From Coriobacteriia bacterium (GTDB lineage: Bacteria; Actinomycetota; Coriobacteriia; Coriobacteriales; UBA8131), in contig WRHU01000001.1 in assembly GCA_009783085.1 (NCBI GenBank), positions 128,196 through 192,195 of the forward strand: 64,000 bases of DNA, read 5' to 3'. The position numbers and the translations under genes are program-made. How positions within the stretch are numbered: position 1 is the stretch's first letter; each line of letters starts with the position of its first letter. Of this stretch, positions 10,490 to 20,863 are shown in pieces. The notes under the pieces are model-generated. The model was not told the DNA's origin. It saw only the letters and a program-made list of their open reading frames with translations, and searched no databases.

Positions 10490-11428
10490 CTAGAGCTTAA
10501 AATCCTCTTTGCCCTCAAAGACATCAAGAGCCTCGTCCACGTCATAGTCAGCAAGCGTAATGGCACTGATAGCCTTGGTAAGACGTACTGCCTCGTCCAA
10601 AGAGCGCTGGTGAATGTTACGACCCGTTGCGTTACCACACGCACCGCCAACGTGAATTTGCTCGTAAAGCTGTGTTAGGAATTGTTTGGCATCAACGGTT
10701 GAGCCACCAGCGCAAACAAGACCTGTGCGCCCTGCAGCAGCAGCAGCGCGGGCAAGCAGTTCTGCAGAACTTGCGCCATCAGATGCCTTGGGAGGATTAA
10801 CTTTGACAAAATCTGCACCCAAGCACAAGGCTACACCAGCAGCTCCCGCAATAAGGTCGGCATCTTTTTCATCTTTGACCGCTTTGCCACGTGGATAAAT
10901 CCACAACACAACAATAAGACCGTTAGCATGAGCCTCGGCGATAAGCTCCCCTGCCTCAGAGAGCATGGTTGACTCGTACTCAGAACCTAAATAAATGGTA
11001 TAACCCAAGCCAACAATGTTTACCCCTGCCTCACGCAAAGCAAGTACGGCATCAAGTGAGTAGAGCTGAGGTGAATACGGATCATCTTGGTCGGTGTCAA
11101 TAAGGTTAGTTTTTGAGTTCATCTTAATGAGATAGTTAATTTCAGGGTAATCAGCTGCATACTGCGCCACCAACCCTCGCTGTCCAGCGAGTACACCAAT
11201 CGTTCCTTGGTCACCAATCTTGAACAGATGCTCGGGGTCGTTATCATCGGGGTGAATGCCCTCGCCAAAAAAATCATCGTTAAGATGCTCAACTTTTTGA
11301 TCGCAGGCAAACAGCATGAGGCGCCCCGTGCCCTGCGTTGCCGCAAGATAGTTATCAACATACACTTCGCGTGCTTCAGGCAGCACATCAACAGGAATCT
11401 TTACCTCATCGGCAGTTATTTTTAGCAT
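10490..11428 (-). CDS. Class I aldolase, DhnA/FbaB (DeoC/LacD) family
   Basis: ADFVKVN (Schiff-base Lys context) and GRNIHQ near the C-terminus, about 310 aa. AAGGAGGA RBS. Confidence 0.65.
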   Translation of the reverse strand: MLKITADEVKIPVDVLPEAREVYVDNYLAATQGTGRLMLFACDQKVEHLNDDFFGEGIHPDDNDPEHLFKIGDQGTIGVLAGQRGLVAQYAADYPEINYLIKMNSKTNLIDTDQDDPYSPQLYSLDAVLALREAGVNIVGLGYTIYLGSEYESTMLSEAGELIAEAHANGLIVVLWIYPRGKAVKDEKDADLIAGAAGVALCLGADFVKVNPPKASDGASSAELLARAAAAAGRTGLVCAGGSTVDAKQFLTQLYEQIHVGGACGNATGRNIHQRSLDEAVRLTKAISAITLADYDVDEALDVFEGKEDFKL

Positions 11429-11489
11429 TACGTCCTCCTTAACAAAGCCTTGCGGCTCACAATAGATATAGAATGTTTTGCTTATATTA

Positions 11490-12587
11490 CTACAAGTCAG
11501 GGGGAATATCGGGCGGCAGATTGGCTTGCTCGCTTGTGCTGCCTTTTGGTGAAGCGCCCAGCCGAGGCACGTTCTTTTTCTTTGACTTAAAGCTCAGCTG
11601 GGCAAGTATCACGGCAATAAACATCAGGACACAGCCAAGAACTTCTCGCCCAGATAAAACTTCGTGAAGCAACGCCACGCCACCCAAAACGCCAAAGACT
11701 GACTCCATGCTCATAACAATGGAAGCGGGAGCAGGAGGCGCGTACTTTTGCCCAATGGCAGCAAGCGTAAAGGCAACACCTGATGACAAAACGCCCGTAT
11801 AGGCAAGGTGGGGCAAGACGTTATGTAAGGCACTGAGCTTTGAAGGACCGCCAATAATGAGTTCATCGAAAAAGGGAGCGCAAATAAGCGACAATACCGC
11901 CGTTACCGTAAACTGAGCAATACAAAGTTTCAAAACCTCACGCTGCCCCAAATTAGGCACAAAGCGGTCAATGAACAAAATGTGCAGCGCCCAAAACACG
12001 GCGCCAAGTATCAAAATAAAATCGCCAGATGTTATGGTGAGGCTCTCGGTAATACAAAGTAGATACAAACCCACTATAGCAATGCCTACGCTTATCCAGG
12101 TATTCCAGTGAGTGCGATGCATAAAAGCAATGCCGATAAGCGGTACCAGCACAATGTAGAGCGTGGTGATAAATGCACTTTTTGATGCCGAGGTAGTTAC
12201 CAAACCAATTTGTTGTAAGTTGCTCGCTACAAATAAAACACAACCGCAAACCAAGCCACCTACGATGATGGTGCGCCAGTTGGTTGTGCTGCTTGTGCTA
12301 GTTGTACTGGCTTCCTTGGTGGCTTTGCGCAGGGGCGAAGTTGCCCGCTCTCCCCTGCCGCGCACAGCGCCCCAAGCCTTGCTCACCAAAAACATAATCG
12401 CTAAGACCAAAATAAGTGTCAAAGCGCCCAGCACGTTGCGCACGCCATTAAACAAAAACGGTCCAACAAACTCCATGCCCGAACGCTGGGCAACAAAAGC
12501 AGTTCCCCAGATAAATGCCGTAAGCATCAGGAGAAAAATAGCACCTACTTTGTGCTTACGAGGAATATGACTGGTATCTCGAGGCAT
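11490..12587 (-). CDS. DMT-superfamily (EamA-like) transporter
   Basis: About 10 predicted TM helices in two halves separated by a Ser/Thr-rich loop. The sequence pattern is EamA-like. Confidence 0.7.
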   Translation of the reverse strand: MPRDTSHIPRKHKVGAIFLLMLTAFIWGTAFVAQRSGMEFVGPFLFNGVRNVLGALTLILVLAIMFLVSKAWGAVRGRGERATSPLRKATKEASTTSTSSTTNWRTIIVGGLVCGCVLFVASNLQQIGLVTTSASKSAFITTLYIVLVPLIGIAFMHRTHWNTWISVGIAIVGLYLLCITESLTITSGDFILILGAVFWALHILFIDRFVPNLGQREVLKLCIAQFTVTAVLSLICAPFFDELIIGGPSKLSALHNVLPHLAYTGVLSSGVAFTLAAIGQKYAPPAPASIVMSMESVFGVLGGVALLHEVLSGREVLGCVLMFIAVILAQLSFKSKKKNVPRLGASPKGSTSEQANLPPDIPPDL

Positions 12588-12592
12588 AGAGT

Positions 12593-14323
12593 TTAGTTTT
12601 CGAGAATACTCATGCCTTGCGGGCCGTCGCTTAAGTAAATGCTGCTCAGGTAGTCTAAAACGTCAGTATGGGGCACCAGCTTTCGATTGTGGTCTTTGAA
12701 CCCTGAGCCGAGAGGCCAGTTGCGCTCTTCATTCATAGAAACCGTACCAAGCGTTGGCGCAAGCGGCTCCTGACGACGCTTAAACTCGGCAATACTCACC
12801 ATATCCAATACCGAAGCCACTACCTCAGGATCAAGCGCTCGCTCGCCCGATTCCTGTTTTGCAATCTCGAGAATCTGGTCAATGCCCAAATCATCTTCGA
12901 TATGTAGGCGCAAGATGCGATCAAGCTCCTCATAGGGCGGCAAGCTGTCTGCGTCACGCTGATCGGGCGAGAGTTCGGCACTGGGCTCTTTGTCAACAAT
13001 GCTTTGCGGAATAACCCTGCCTTGTGCGTTGCGCCAAGCCACTAGGCCATAAAGATCTGTCTTGTAGAGATTTCCCAGCGGCGCAAAGGCTCCTGCAGTA
13101 TCGCCATACAAGGTCGAATAACCAACCGCTGATTCCGACTTGTTGGTTGTGTTGAGCACCAGCCAGCAGTGTGTATTCGACAAATGCATTAGTACCAACA
13201 TGCGCAGGCGTGCCTGAAGGTTTTCCAGAGCAACCGCTGAGCCCTCCGTTTCAAATTGGGCTGCGCTCTCATTTTTGAAGAGTTCAAACAGGTTAGTTAT
13301 GGGAAAAGTGAGCGTTTGGATTCCGAGCGTAGCGGCAAGTTCCTTTGAGTCACTCACGCTGCTTTCAGATGAAAAGGGCCCCGGCATCAGCACGCCAAAT
13401 ACGTGTTCTGCGCCCAAGGCCTCAACCGCAAGGGCAGCAGTCAGGGCAGAGTCTATGCCGCCCGACAACCCAATTACTACATTCTCGAACTCGTTTTTGC
13501 GCACAAAATCCCGTAGAGAAAGTTTTAGCGCTTCCCAGTCTGCTTCAAAAGGCAAAAGAGGTTTGACGGTCTTACCAACTTCTGCCAAAACGCCTGAGTT
13601 TTCATCAAGCTCAAGGTTCACAACGAGGATTTGCTCGGCAAAAGGCTCGGCACAATCGCGCACCTGTCCCTTCGAATCGATAACAAGACTTGCGCCATCG
13701 TAGACTATCTCGTCTTGGCCGCCCACCAAATTAGCAAGTACCAGCCAAGCATCATTCTTTTTTGCAAGATTTGAGAGGTAGTTTTCCTGAGTTGACGAGG
13801 TAAAGAGAGCATTGGTACCTTCATATTCCTTTGCAAGCATCATAACAATCACGTCTGCCTGCTTAAAGTCATCGTCAGAGTCAGGGAAATCATTCATGCA
13901 CACGGTAAGCGTTCGGTCGTCAATATGTATGTCAACACTCGATACATACCGGGCGCTGTGCCACGGATTTTCTAAATCGACAAAACCAAGTGCGCCGCCT
14001 TTGCCTTCGCTGCAAAAAATAACCTCGGGCTCGCAAACAAAGGAATGGATATCCTCCAAAGGACGTGGAATGAGCGTTCCAAAAAGCGTTGGCAAGGGGC
14101 TGTTTTCAATAAGAAACTTAGTAGCGTCCATACACTCAGCGGCAAAGGCATCATGATGATGAAGTCCTTTTACGTTGACGCCCGTAAGCGCATGGGAGGG
14201 CAATACTACTAAATCGGGCGCATACGGCATCTCGGCAAGCTTTTTAATAGCCGCAAGCGCTGCCTCGGCATTTTGCCGCAAAGCCCCGATGGTCGGATTT
14301 GACTGTACCACTGCGATATACAT
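12593..14323 (-). CDS. nadE: Glutamine-dependent NAD+ synthetase
   Basis: N-terminal CN-hydrolase-like domain plus a C-terminal PP-loop GLSGGIDSA. 576 aa. Confidence 0.9.
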   Translation of the reverse strand: MYIAVVQSNPTIGALRQNAEAALAAIKKLAEMPYAPDLVVLPSHALTGVNVKGLHHHDAFAAECMDATKFLIENSPLPTLFGTLIPRPLEDIHSFVCEPEVIFCSEGKGGALGFVDLENPWHSARYVSSVDIHIDDRTLTVCMNDFPDSDDDFKQADVIVMMLAKEYEGTNALFTSSTQENYLSNLAKKNDAWLVLANLVGGQDEIVYDGASLVIDSKGQVRDCAEPFAEQILVVNLELDENSGVLAEVGKTVKPLLPFEADWEALKLSLRDFVRKNEFENVVIGLSGGIDSALTAALAVEALGAEHVFGVLMPGPFSSESSVSDSKELAATLGIQTLTFPITNLFELFKNESAAQFETEGSAVALENLQARLRMLVLMHLSNTHCWLVLNTTNKSESAVGYSTLYGDTAGAFAPLGNLYKTDLYGLVAWRNAQGRVIPQSIVDKEPSAELSPDQRDADSLPPYEELDRILRLHIEDDLGIDQILEIAKQESGERALDPEVVASVLDMVSIAEFKRRQEPLAPTLGTVSMNEERNWPLGSGFKDHNRKLVPHTDVLDYLSSIYLSDGPQGMSILEN

Positions 14324-14331
14324 ACGTCCTC

Positions 14332-14976
14332 CTAGTATTCAACGAGCGCACGCTTGCGTTCAAGCGCAATAGACGTTGGCAAATCATGCCCGGGATATAT
14401 TGTTGTTTCATCGGGAAGTTCTGCGAGCTTGCGTAGGCTTGCTTGCATTTGGGCTGGACTGCCGCTTTCCAAATCGGTACGACCAGTAGTGCCATAAAAT
14501 ATCGTATCTCCCGAGAAGAGCACCTGCTCGTTTTCTGCATACAGGCACATACTGCCAGCCGAATGCCCTGGTGTGTGTAAGACCGCAAGTTCAAGCTCTC
14601 CTATGCTCAGGCGTGCTCCGTCTGCAAGCGTAACAAGTTTGCTCTCAAGTACGGAGGCAAGCTCTGCCTCATTCCACTTTCGCAGCTCGCTTAGCACACC
14701 GTCTTTATCAAGCTCGTGTACATAGACGGGAACAGTGCCTGCTTCCCAAAGTTCACGAAGCTCTACCAAGGCAGCGGTGTGATCAATATGGCGATGGGTT
14801 AGGATTATGCAGCTAACGTCGCGTGTGCCAACAATCTTAAGAATGGCAGCCGCACCGTCGCCCGGATCAACAATACCAAGCGCACTGTTCGCAGAATCAT
14901 CGCCAACAACATAGCAGTTCATCGTATAGCCGTTGTTAAACTTTTTGATAGGCGTGGTAATTACCTCAAGGAACAT
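14332..14976 (-). CDS. MBL-fold metallo-hydrolase (glyoxalase II-like)
   Basis: THRHIDHT (HxHxDH), HTPGHS and GD..F motifs. Confidence 0.85.
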   Translation of the reverse strand: MFLEVITTPIKKFNNGYTMNCYVVGDDSANSALGIVDPGDGAAAILKIVGTRDVSCIILTHRHIDHTAALVELRELWEAGTVPVYVHELDKDGVLSELRKWNEAELASVLESKLVTLADGARLSIGELELAVLHTPGHSAGSMCLYAENEQVLFSGDTIFYGTTGRTDLESGSPAQMQASLRKLAELPDETTIYPGHDLPTSIALERKRALVEY

Positions 14977-14977
14977 A

Positions 14978-17257
14978 CTAGTCCTTCCGCTTACGCATGA
15001 CTTCGCCGGGCAACATACGTCGTGCGTCTATAACGCCCTCAATGGCACGTAAGTCACTCAGAATACGATCTATGCTGGCAATCTCACTTACCTCATACAA
15101 AAAGCGCATCTCCACAAAGCCGTCGCGATGGCTGTTGCTGCTCGCGCCAATGACATTAACGCCACTGTTTGCCAGCGTGGTAATAACGTCCTGCAGCAGG
15201 CGCAGACGGTCAACGGCTTCAATAAAGACCTCTACGTTGTACGCACCTACGGGACGGTGATCCTCTGCCCAGTGAACGTCAATAATGCGCTCGGGTGTTG
15301 AGCGTAAGTCCTGGGCATTCGGACAATTTGCACGGTGAACCGAAACGCCGCGCCCGCGCGTCACAAAGCCAATAATTTCATCGCCCGGAACGGGGTTGCA
15401 GCAATGCGAAAGACGAACGAGTACGCCATCAAGCCCTTTGACCACCACGCCAGAAGCATCTGTTTTGGCGCGCGGGCGCTTGTCGCGTACTGGCTCAAGA
15501 ACTTGGGCATCGAGGTTTGCAATGCCAGCAATTTTTTCGACATTAGTGGTATCAGTCTCCTCTTGCGTTCCCAGCACCCGGAGCATACGGTTTGCCACTT
15601 GCTTGGCAGACTGTTTGCCAGCACCAATGTGAGCAAAAAGGTCATCGACGGTTCCCGCAGAAAGCTCGTCTGCTACCTCTTTTAAGGCGCGAGTTGAGCG
15701 TGTAGAGGCAATGCCCAGGCCGTGTTTGCGCATTTCTCGGGTAAGAACATCGCGCCCGCTGAGAATATCATCATCACGCGTCATCTTAGAAAAATAGCTG
15801 CGTATTTTTTGCCGCGCCGAGGGAGTCTTAACAATGGGAAGCCAATCGCGAGAAGGGCCCGTACCCTTTTGCGTAAGAATCTCAACACGGTCGCCCGTTT
15901 GAAGTTCATAGCTGAGCGGCATAATTGCCCCATTGACCTTTGCGCCAACGCAGCGATTGCCCACCTCGGTATGAATGGCGTAGGCAAAGTCAATTGCCGT
16001 TGAGCCGGTTCGCAGGTTTATAACCTCACCTTTGGGCGTAAAGCAAAATACCTCGGTGTAGTTAAGGTCATGCTTAAAGGCTTCAAGAAACTCACGAGAA
16101 TCTGCCTCGTCATCTGCCCAGTCAAGCATTTGTCTGAGCCAGACCAGTTGCTCGTCAAAAACAGCATCAAAGCTCTCGCTCTTGCCGCCCTTATAGCGCC
16201 AGTGCGCTGCAACGCCGTATTCGCTGGTGTGATGCATATCTTTGGTGCGTATTTGTATCTCAAGAGGACGTGCCGCCAAACCAATAACCGTGGTGTGCAG
16301 CGACTGATACATATTAAACTTGGGCATAGCAATGTAATCCTTAAAGCGCCCCGGCATAGGTCGCCAAATGGTATGCACCGCTCCCAAACACGAGTAGCAC
16401 TCCCCTATGGTTTCAACAATAACACGCAGGGCAATAAGGTCATATATCTCAGAGAAGTCCTTGCCTTTTTCTACCATTTTTTGATGAATGGAATAGAGGT
16501 GTTTTGGGCGCCCCGTTATTTTAGCGCGAATGTTGAGCTTGTCCATCTCGGCATTAAGTTCGTTGATGGTTTTTTCGAGATATTCTTCGCGAGCACTACG
16601 ACTTTCTGCAACCATACGTTGTATCTGGCTAAAACGCACGGGCTCAAGATAATAAAAGGACAAATCCTCAAGTTCCCATTTTATGGAGTTAATGCCAAGA
16701 CGGTTAGCAAGGGGGGCATAAATCTCCATGGTTTCTTGCGCCTTAAAAAGCCTTCGATCTTCGCGCAGTGCTTGCAAGGTGCGCATATTGTGCAGGCGGT
16801 CGGCAAGCTTGATAACAATGACACGAATATCGCGTGACATAGCCAAAAGCATTTTTCTCATATTGTTGGCCTGCTGCTCTGAGAGCGACTCAATCTCAAT
16901 GCGCGTAATTTTAGTAACGCCGTCTACCAGCGTCATAACGTCATCAGAAAAAACCTCGCCGACTTCCTCAATAGTTTTAGAGGAATCCTCGACGGTATCA
17001 TGCAAGATGGCTGCCACAACGGTGTCGATGTCCATGCGCAACTCAGCCAAAATAAGGGCTACCGCAAGCGGGTGGTTGATAAAGGGTTCCCCTGACTTTC
17101 GCGTCTGTCCTTCATGAGCCGATAAGGCGAACTCATAGGCTTTATTGAGCAGAGCGATTTCGGGCTTACCCATGTAGCTGGCAGCCTGATTAAGGATTTT
17201 ATCAAGGATACTTTGTTCCTCTTGTTCCAGTTCTTTTTGTATCGGCTTTTCGCTCAT
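14978..17257 (-). CDS. rel: Bifunctional (p)ppGpp synthetase/hydrolase
   Basis: HD domain (HPLAVA..HDTVED), RelA/SpoT synthetase core (DLIALRVIV, YQSLHTTV), and TGS and ACT-like C-terminal domains. Confidence 0.95.
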   Translation of the reverse strand: MSEKPIQKELEQEEQSILDKILNQAASYMGKPEIALLNKAYEFALSAHEGQTRKSGEPFINHPLAVALILAELRMDIDTVVAAILHDTVEDSSKTIEEVGEVFSDDVMTLVDGVTKITRIEIESLSEQQANNMRKMLLAMSRDIRVIVIKLADRLHNMRTLQALREDRRLFKAQETMEIYAPLANRLGINSIKWELEDLSFYYLEPVRFSQIQRMVAESRSAREEYLEKTINELNAEMDKLNIRAKITGRPKHLYSIHQKMVEKGKDFSEIYDLIALRVIVETIGECYSCLGAVHTIWRPMPGRFKDYIAMPKFNMYQSLHTTVIGLAARPLEIQIRTKDMHHTSEYGVAAHWRYKGGKSESFDAVFDEQLVWLRQMLDWADDEADSREFLEAFKHDLNYTEVFCFTPKGEVINLRTGSTAIDFAYAIHTEVGNRCVGAKVNGAIMPLSYELQTGDRVEILTQKGTGPSRDWLPIVKTPSARQKIRSYFSKMTRDDDILSGRDVLTREMRKHGLGIASTRSTRALKEVADELSAGTVDDLFAHIGAGKQSAKQVANRMLRVLGTQEETDTTNVEKIAGIANLDAQVLEPVRDKRPRAKTDASGVVVKGLDGVLVRLSHCCNPVPGDEIIGFVTRGRGVSVHRANCPNAQDLRSTPERIIDVHWAEDHRPVGAYNVEVFIEAVDRLRLLQDVITTLANSGVNVIGASSNSHRDGFVEMRFLYEVSEIASIDRILSDLRAIEGVIDARRMLPGEVMRKRKD

Positions 17258-17258
17258 G

Positions 17259-20200
17259 CTAACTCACTTCAATCTCTTTGATAGGCGTAGCAGTTTTGGA
17301 GGGCGCAGCCGCCTCAACGGATAGCTCCACCGTTACCTCGCCGTTTGCAACCTCGGGAGTAAGCGGGCGGCTTATGGTTTCGGCAAGTTGCTCAGAGGGC
17401 GCGCTAAAAGCCCAATCCCGAAACTCCTCGAACAGACCGCGCTCCCACAGTCCTTCGAGATACAGCAAACTTGTTTCAAGATCTGCCTTTTGCTCTGGCT
17501 GACAAAGTGTGTAGCGCTCTTTGCCCTCAAGCTGCGTGCGCTCCAAAAGACCAATCTCTTCAAAAATGCACAATGCAGTAACAATACCACGAGGGTCAAG
17601 CCTGCAGCCTCGCTTGCACAGGCTCAGGTTCAAAACAATTTCGCTTACAATCGGCGAGAGATCCTCACACTCAGCAGTGCAATTCATCATTTCGCTCGGC
17701 GGCGCTTCAAAACTATCATAACTCATTTCTTGCAAGACACGCCACACGCAAGTAAGATCCTCCCGTGTGGGCACCGAAAGGGAAAGCATGCGGTTATTTT
17801 GGCTGGCATCGTGACGATTAAACACAAGATGAATGTGCGCCAGATCGCCGTCGCGCCCTGCCCGTCCCGACATTTGAACAAAGTCAATGAGGCTAAAGGG
17901 CAGATGATATAAAACTACGTTGCGCACGTCAGGAATGTTGATGCCTTCTCCAAAGGCGGAGGTGCATATTACGCAGGAAACCTCGTTATCGCGCAAGGCA
18001 CGTTCAACGCTCAGGCGATCTTGCGTAGTAAGACCGGCGTGATAAAAGGCAACGTTGTTTGCCTCGTGCGGCAAAAGTTTGCGCAATGTGCGGGCGAGCA
18101 TTTGAGCTTCATCGCGTGCGTTGACATACACAAGAGTTTTTTCGTCTGAGGCAACTATGGAGGCAACGTAGCGTTCTCGATCTTTGAGCGTACGGTAGTC
18201 ACAAAGAGAAAGATTGGGACGCATAGTTGGGTCAACAATGCATTTTTTTATGGCGAGGCTTTCTTGGATACTCTTGCAGGTTTCCGTATCCGCCGTGGCA
18301 GTAACGGCAAGTTTGGTAGCTGTCTTAAAACATTCTAAAATAGTATTCAGATTGGTATAAGCACTTCTAAAACTTGATGAAGAAGTAGCAATATGGTGAG
18401 CCTCATCTATTACCACAAGCCCAACACTGCGTGCTTTGGACAAGCGCTCTGCGTGACGCTCAAGAAACTCAGGTGTTGTCAAAATGATATCGCTCTCCCC
18501 TGCCCCAAAAGCCTCAAAGGAAGCCTCACGCTCCTGACCCTGCACTTCACCCGTGAGCCTCGTTGCTTTCAGGCCAAAGTGCGCAAAGGTTCGTTCAAGA
18601 AAAAAGGCTTGGTCGTTTATGAGCGCCCTGAGTGGAAATACAAAGATGCTCGCCTCTTTGTGCGCAAGGGCTTGGCGGGCAGCTTCTATATGAAAAATGA
18701 GCGATTTGCCCCGCCCTGTTGCCATAATCGTTAAACAGTTTTGATTATCTGCCAGCGTTGCAAGCGTTTCTTTTTGCGCCTCATGCAGCTCGGCACTTTT
18801 TCCAAGGGTTTTGGCAACAAAGGCCTTTGCAAAGGCTGGAGGGTCTTTATGTGCGAGCTCTGATAGGTTCTGCGATTTTTGCGCAACCTTCTCTGTTGAA
18901 GGCTGAGTTTCAAAAAGCAAAGGCTTCTCGCTTGCTTCATCACCTGCGGGCTCAGGATAGTTCTTATCAAAAAGCCCCTTAATATGAAGCTTAATGAAGG
19001 TTTTGCCGTTCCACGTTTCAATCTTGGGAACAAAGGCTACGTCGATGGCATGACCAACAGCAAGCCAATGTTCAGTGTCAGAACAGTTAAACCAGATGGC
19101 ACCAAACTCGCTTGCGCCATCGCAGACGGTAAAGGAGAGATGCTTGCTGTCGGCTCCCACACTGCGAACCCGTGTGATAAAAACATTTTCCGCCACATAT
19201 ACCGGCTCTGGATTTTCTTGTCCGTAGGGCTCAAGGCGAGCAAGCTCACCTATGGCTTCTTTGTTCAAATTCTTAAGCCGTATGCTTGCATCGACTAAAA
19301 GCGGCGGATAAAAGTTCTCCTCAGGCTCTTTTGCGATAACCGCCTCAAGTCGTGTGCGAAAAGCAGACAAATCTGCCGCCGCAAGCGTTACGCCCACCGC
19401 AGCACTGTGGCCTCCAAAACGCTCAAGCATATCGGCGCATTGTTCGGTAGCTTCAAAAAGATTTATCGCACCAACGGTTCTGCCACTTCCGCGTGCCTGA
19501 TTATCCTCAATGGAAAATACGATGGCAGGCACCCCGTAGGTTTTTGTAAGGCGTGAGGCAACAATGCCCTTTACGCCATCATGCCAACCAGCCTCACCTA
19601 AAACCAGCACCCGGGCATCTTGCTGATAAAGAGCCGCCTGTGCGCTCGCCTCTTCAAACAAGCTGCGCTCGGTAGCACGACGCTCATTATTGAGGGTTTC
19701 AAGTTGCTCGGCAAGACTAAAAGCAGCGCGAATGTCATCAGAGAGCAGCAGGTCTAACGAGAGCTGCGCGTCCCCCATGCGCCCTGCAGCATTAAGACGT
19801 GGGATAAGCGAGAAGGTTAAATCAGTGGTGTTAAGCTTGGCTGGAGCCAAGGGCAAACGTGTTTCGCCGCCACGCGCAACATTCGAATTGCTCGAGCTAC
19901 CAGAAGCCGCCTGAGAGCTAGTATGGAGAGCGGCAAGTCCAGGGCGCAAACCAGCGTTCATGCGAGAAAGACCGTCACGCACCAAGGCGCGGTTTCGACC
20001 GGTAAGTGGTACAAGGTCGGCAAGTGTTCCAAGGGCGGCAAGATCGGTGTAGGCACGCCAGATTTCTGGCTTGTCAAAGCGAGCAGACAGCAACTCGACT
20101 ACCTTAAGCGTTATGCCAACGCCAGCAAGCACCACATCAGGGCTGTCTGGGTTAAGTTTAGGGTTACAGAGCACGCAATCAACCGGCAACTCTGCGGCGG

Positions 20201-20720
20201 GCTCGTGATGGTCGGTGATAATAACCTGTATGCCCTGCGTGGTCATAATGGCTATTTCGCTGCAGGCAGAAATACCGCAATCAACCGTAATAACAAGTTC
20301 AGGCTCATGGCTTACTATTCGTGCGACGCTTGCATCGGTAAGCCCATAGCCCTCCTCGTGACGGTTGGGTATGAGCGTTATAGGATCTGCACCAAACTCC
20401 CGCAGGGCACGGGTTAGTAAGGCAGCTGAACTTAAGCCATCAACATCGTAGTCGCCAAAGACAAGAATACGTTTTTTGGTGCGAATGGCAGCCTCAATGC
20501 CGTCTGCGGCATCAATAATGCCCGGAACCGTGGTGCTATCTCCCCATGCATCAAAAAAATCTGCTTCGAGAAAATCTTGTACGGATTCAGGCGTTGAATA
20601 ACCACGCGCCACCAAGGTAGTAGCCGCAAGCTCTCCGCACCCAAAGGCTTCTCGTATCGAAGCAACCAGATGCGGGTCAACGTCACGTGTTTTCCAACCA
20701 TAATTCAAAGAAAAGGCCAT
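17259..20720 (-). CDS. recJ: RecJ single-stranded-DNA exonuclease fused to a RecQ-like DEAH helicase core
   Basis: Residues 1-585 carry the DHH motifs (GDYDVDG, ITVDCG, ITDHHE), DHHA1 (FGGHSAAVG) and an OB-like region. Residues 640-975 carry MATGRGKS, VVIDEAHH, VTATAD, FYHAGL, TSAFGEGINIPDVR and QMSGRAGRDG (a RecQ-type motif VI). Confidence 0.85.
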   Translation of the reverse strand: MAFSLNYGWKTRDVDPHLVASIREAFGCGELAATTLVARGYSTPESVQDFLEADFFDAWGDSTTVPGIIDAADGIEAAIRTKKRILVFGDYDVDGLSSAALLTRALREFGADPITLIPNRHEEGYGLTDASVARIVSHEPELVITVDCGISACSEIAIMTTQGIQVIITDHHEPAAELPVDCVLCNPKLNPDSPDVVLAGVGITLKVVELLSARFDKPEIWRAYTDLAALGTLADLVPLTGRNRALVRDGLSRMNAGLRPGLAALHTSSQAASGSSSNSNVARGGETRLPLAPAKLNTTDLTFSLIPRLNAAGRMGDAQLSLDLLLSDDIRAAFSLAEQLETLNNERRATERSLFEEASAQAALYQQDARVLVLGEAGWHDGVKGIVASRLTKTYGVPAIVFSIEDNQARGSGRTVGAINLFEATEQCADMLERFGGHSAAVGVTLAAADLSAFRTRLEAVIAKEPEENFYPPLLVDASIRLKNLNKEAIGELARLEPYGQENPEPVYVAENVFITRVRSVGADSKHLSFTVCDGASEFGAIWFNCSDTEHWLAVGHAIDVAFVPKIETWNGKTFIKLHIKGLFDKNYPEPAGDEASEKPLLFETQPSTEKVAQKSQNLSELAHKDPPAFAKAFVAKTLGKSAELHEAQKETLATLADNQNCLTIMATGRGKSLIFHIEAARQALAHKEASIFVFPLRALINDQAFFLERTFAHFGLKATRLTGEVQGQEREASFEAFGAGESDIILTTPEFLERHAERLSKARSVGLVVIDEAHHIATSSSSFRSAYTNLNTILECFKTATKLAVTATADTETCKSIQESLAIKKCIVDPTMRPNLSLCDYRTLKDRERYVASIVASDEKTLVYVNARDEAQMLARTLRKLLPHEANNVAFYHAGLTTQDRLSVERALRDNEVSCVICTSAFGEGINIPDVRNVVLYHLPFSLIDFVQMSGRAGRDGDLAHIHLVFNRHDASQNNRMLSLSVPTREDLTCVWRVLQEMSYDSFEAPPSEMMNCTAECEDLSPIVSEIVLNLSLCKRGCRLDPRGIVTALCIFEEIGLLERTQLEGKERYTLCQPEQKADLETSLLYLEGLWERGLFEEFRDWAFSAPSEQLAETISRPLTPEVANGEVTVELSVEAAAPSKTATPIKEIEVS

Positions 20721-20863
20721 CCGTATCAGTATTCATATTTGTGTATCGATATCATTGTACATGGTATTCGCAGTATGGGGTACACTATTCCTAGCATTTT
20801 TATGATGAACCACCATGGGCGACCGATAAAGCGGTCATACAAGGTTATACGGGAGCAAATAGT

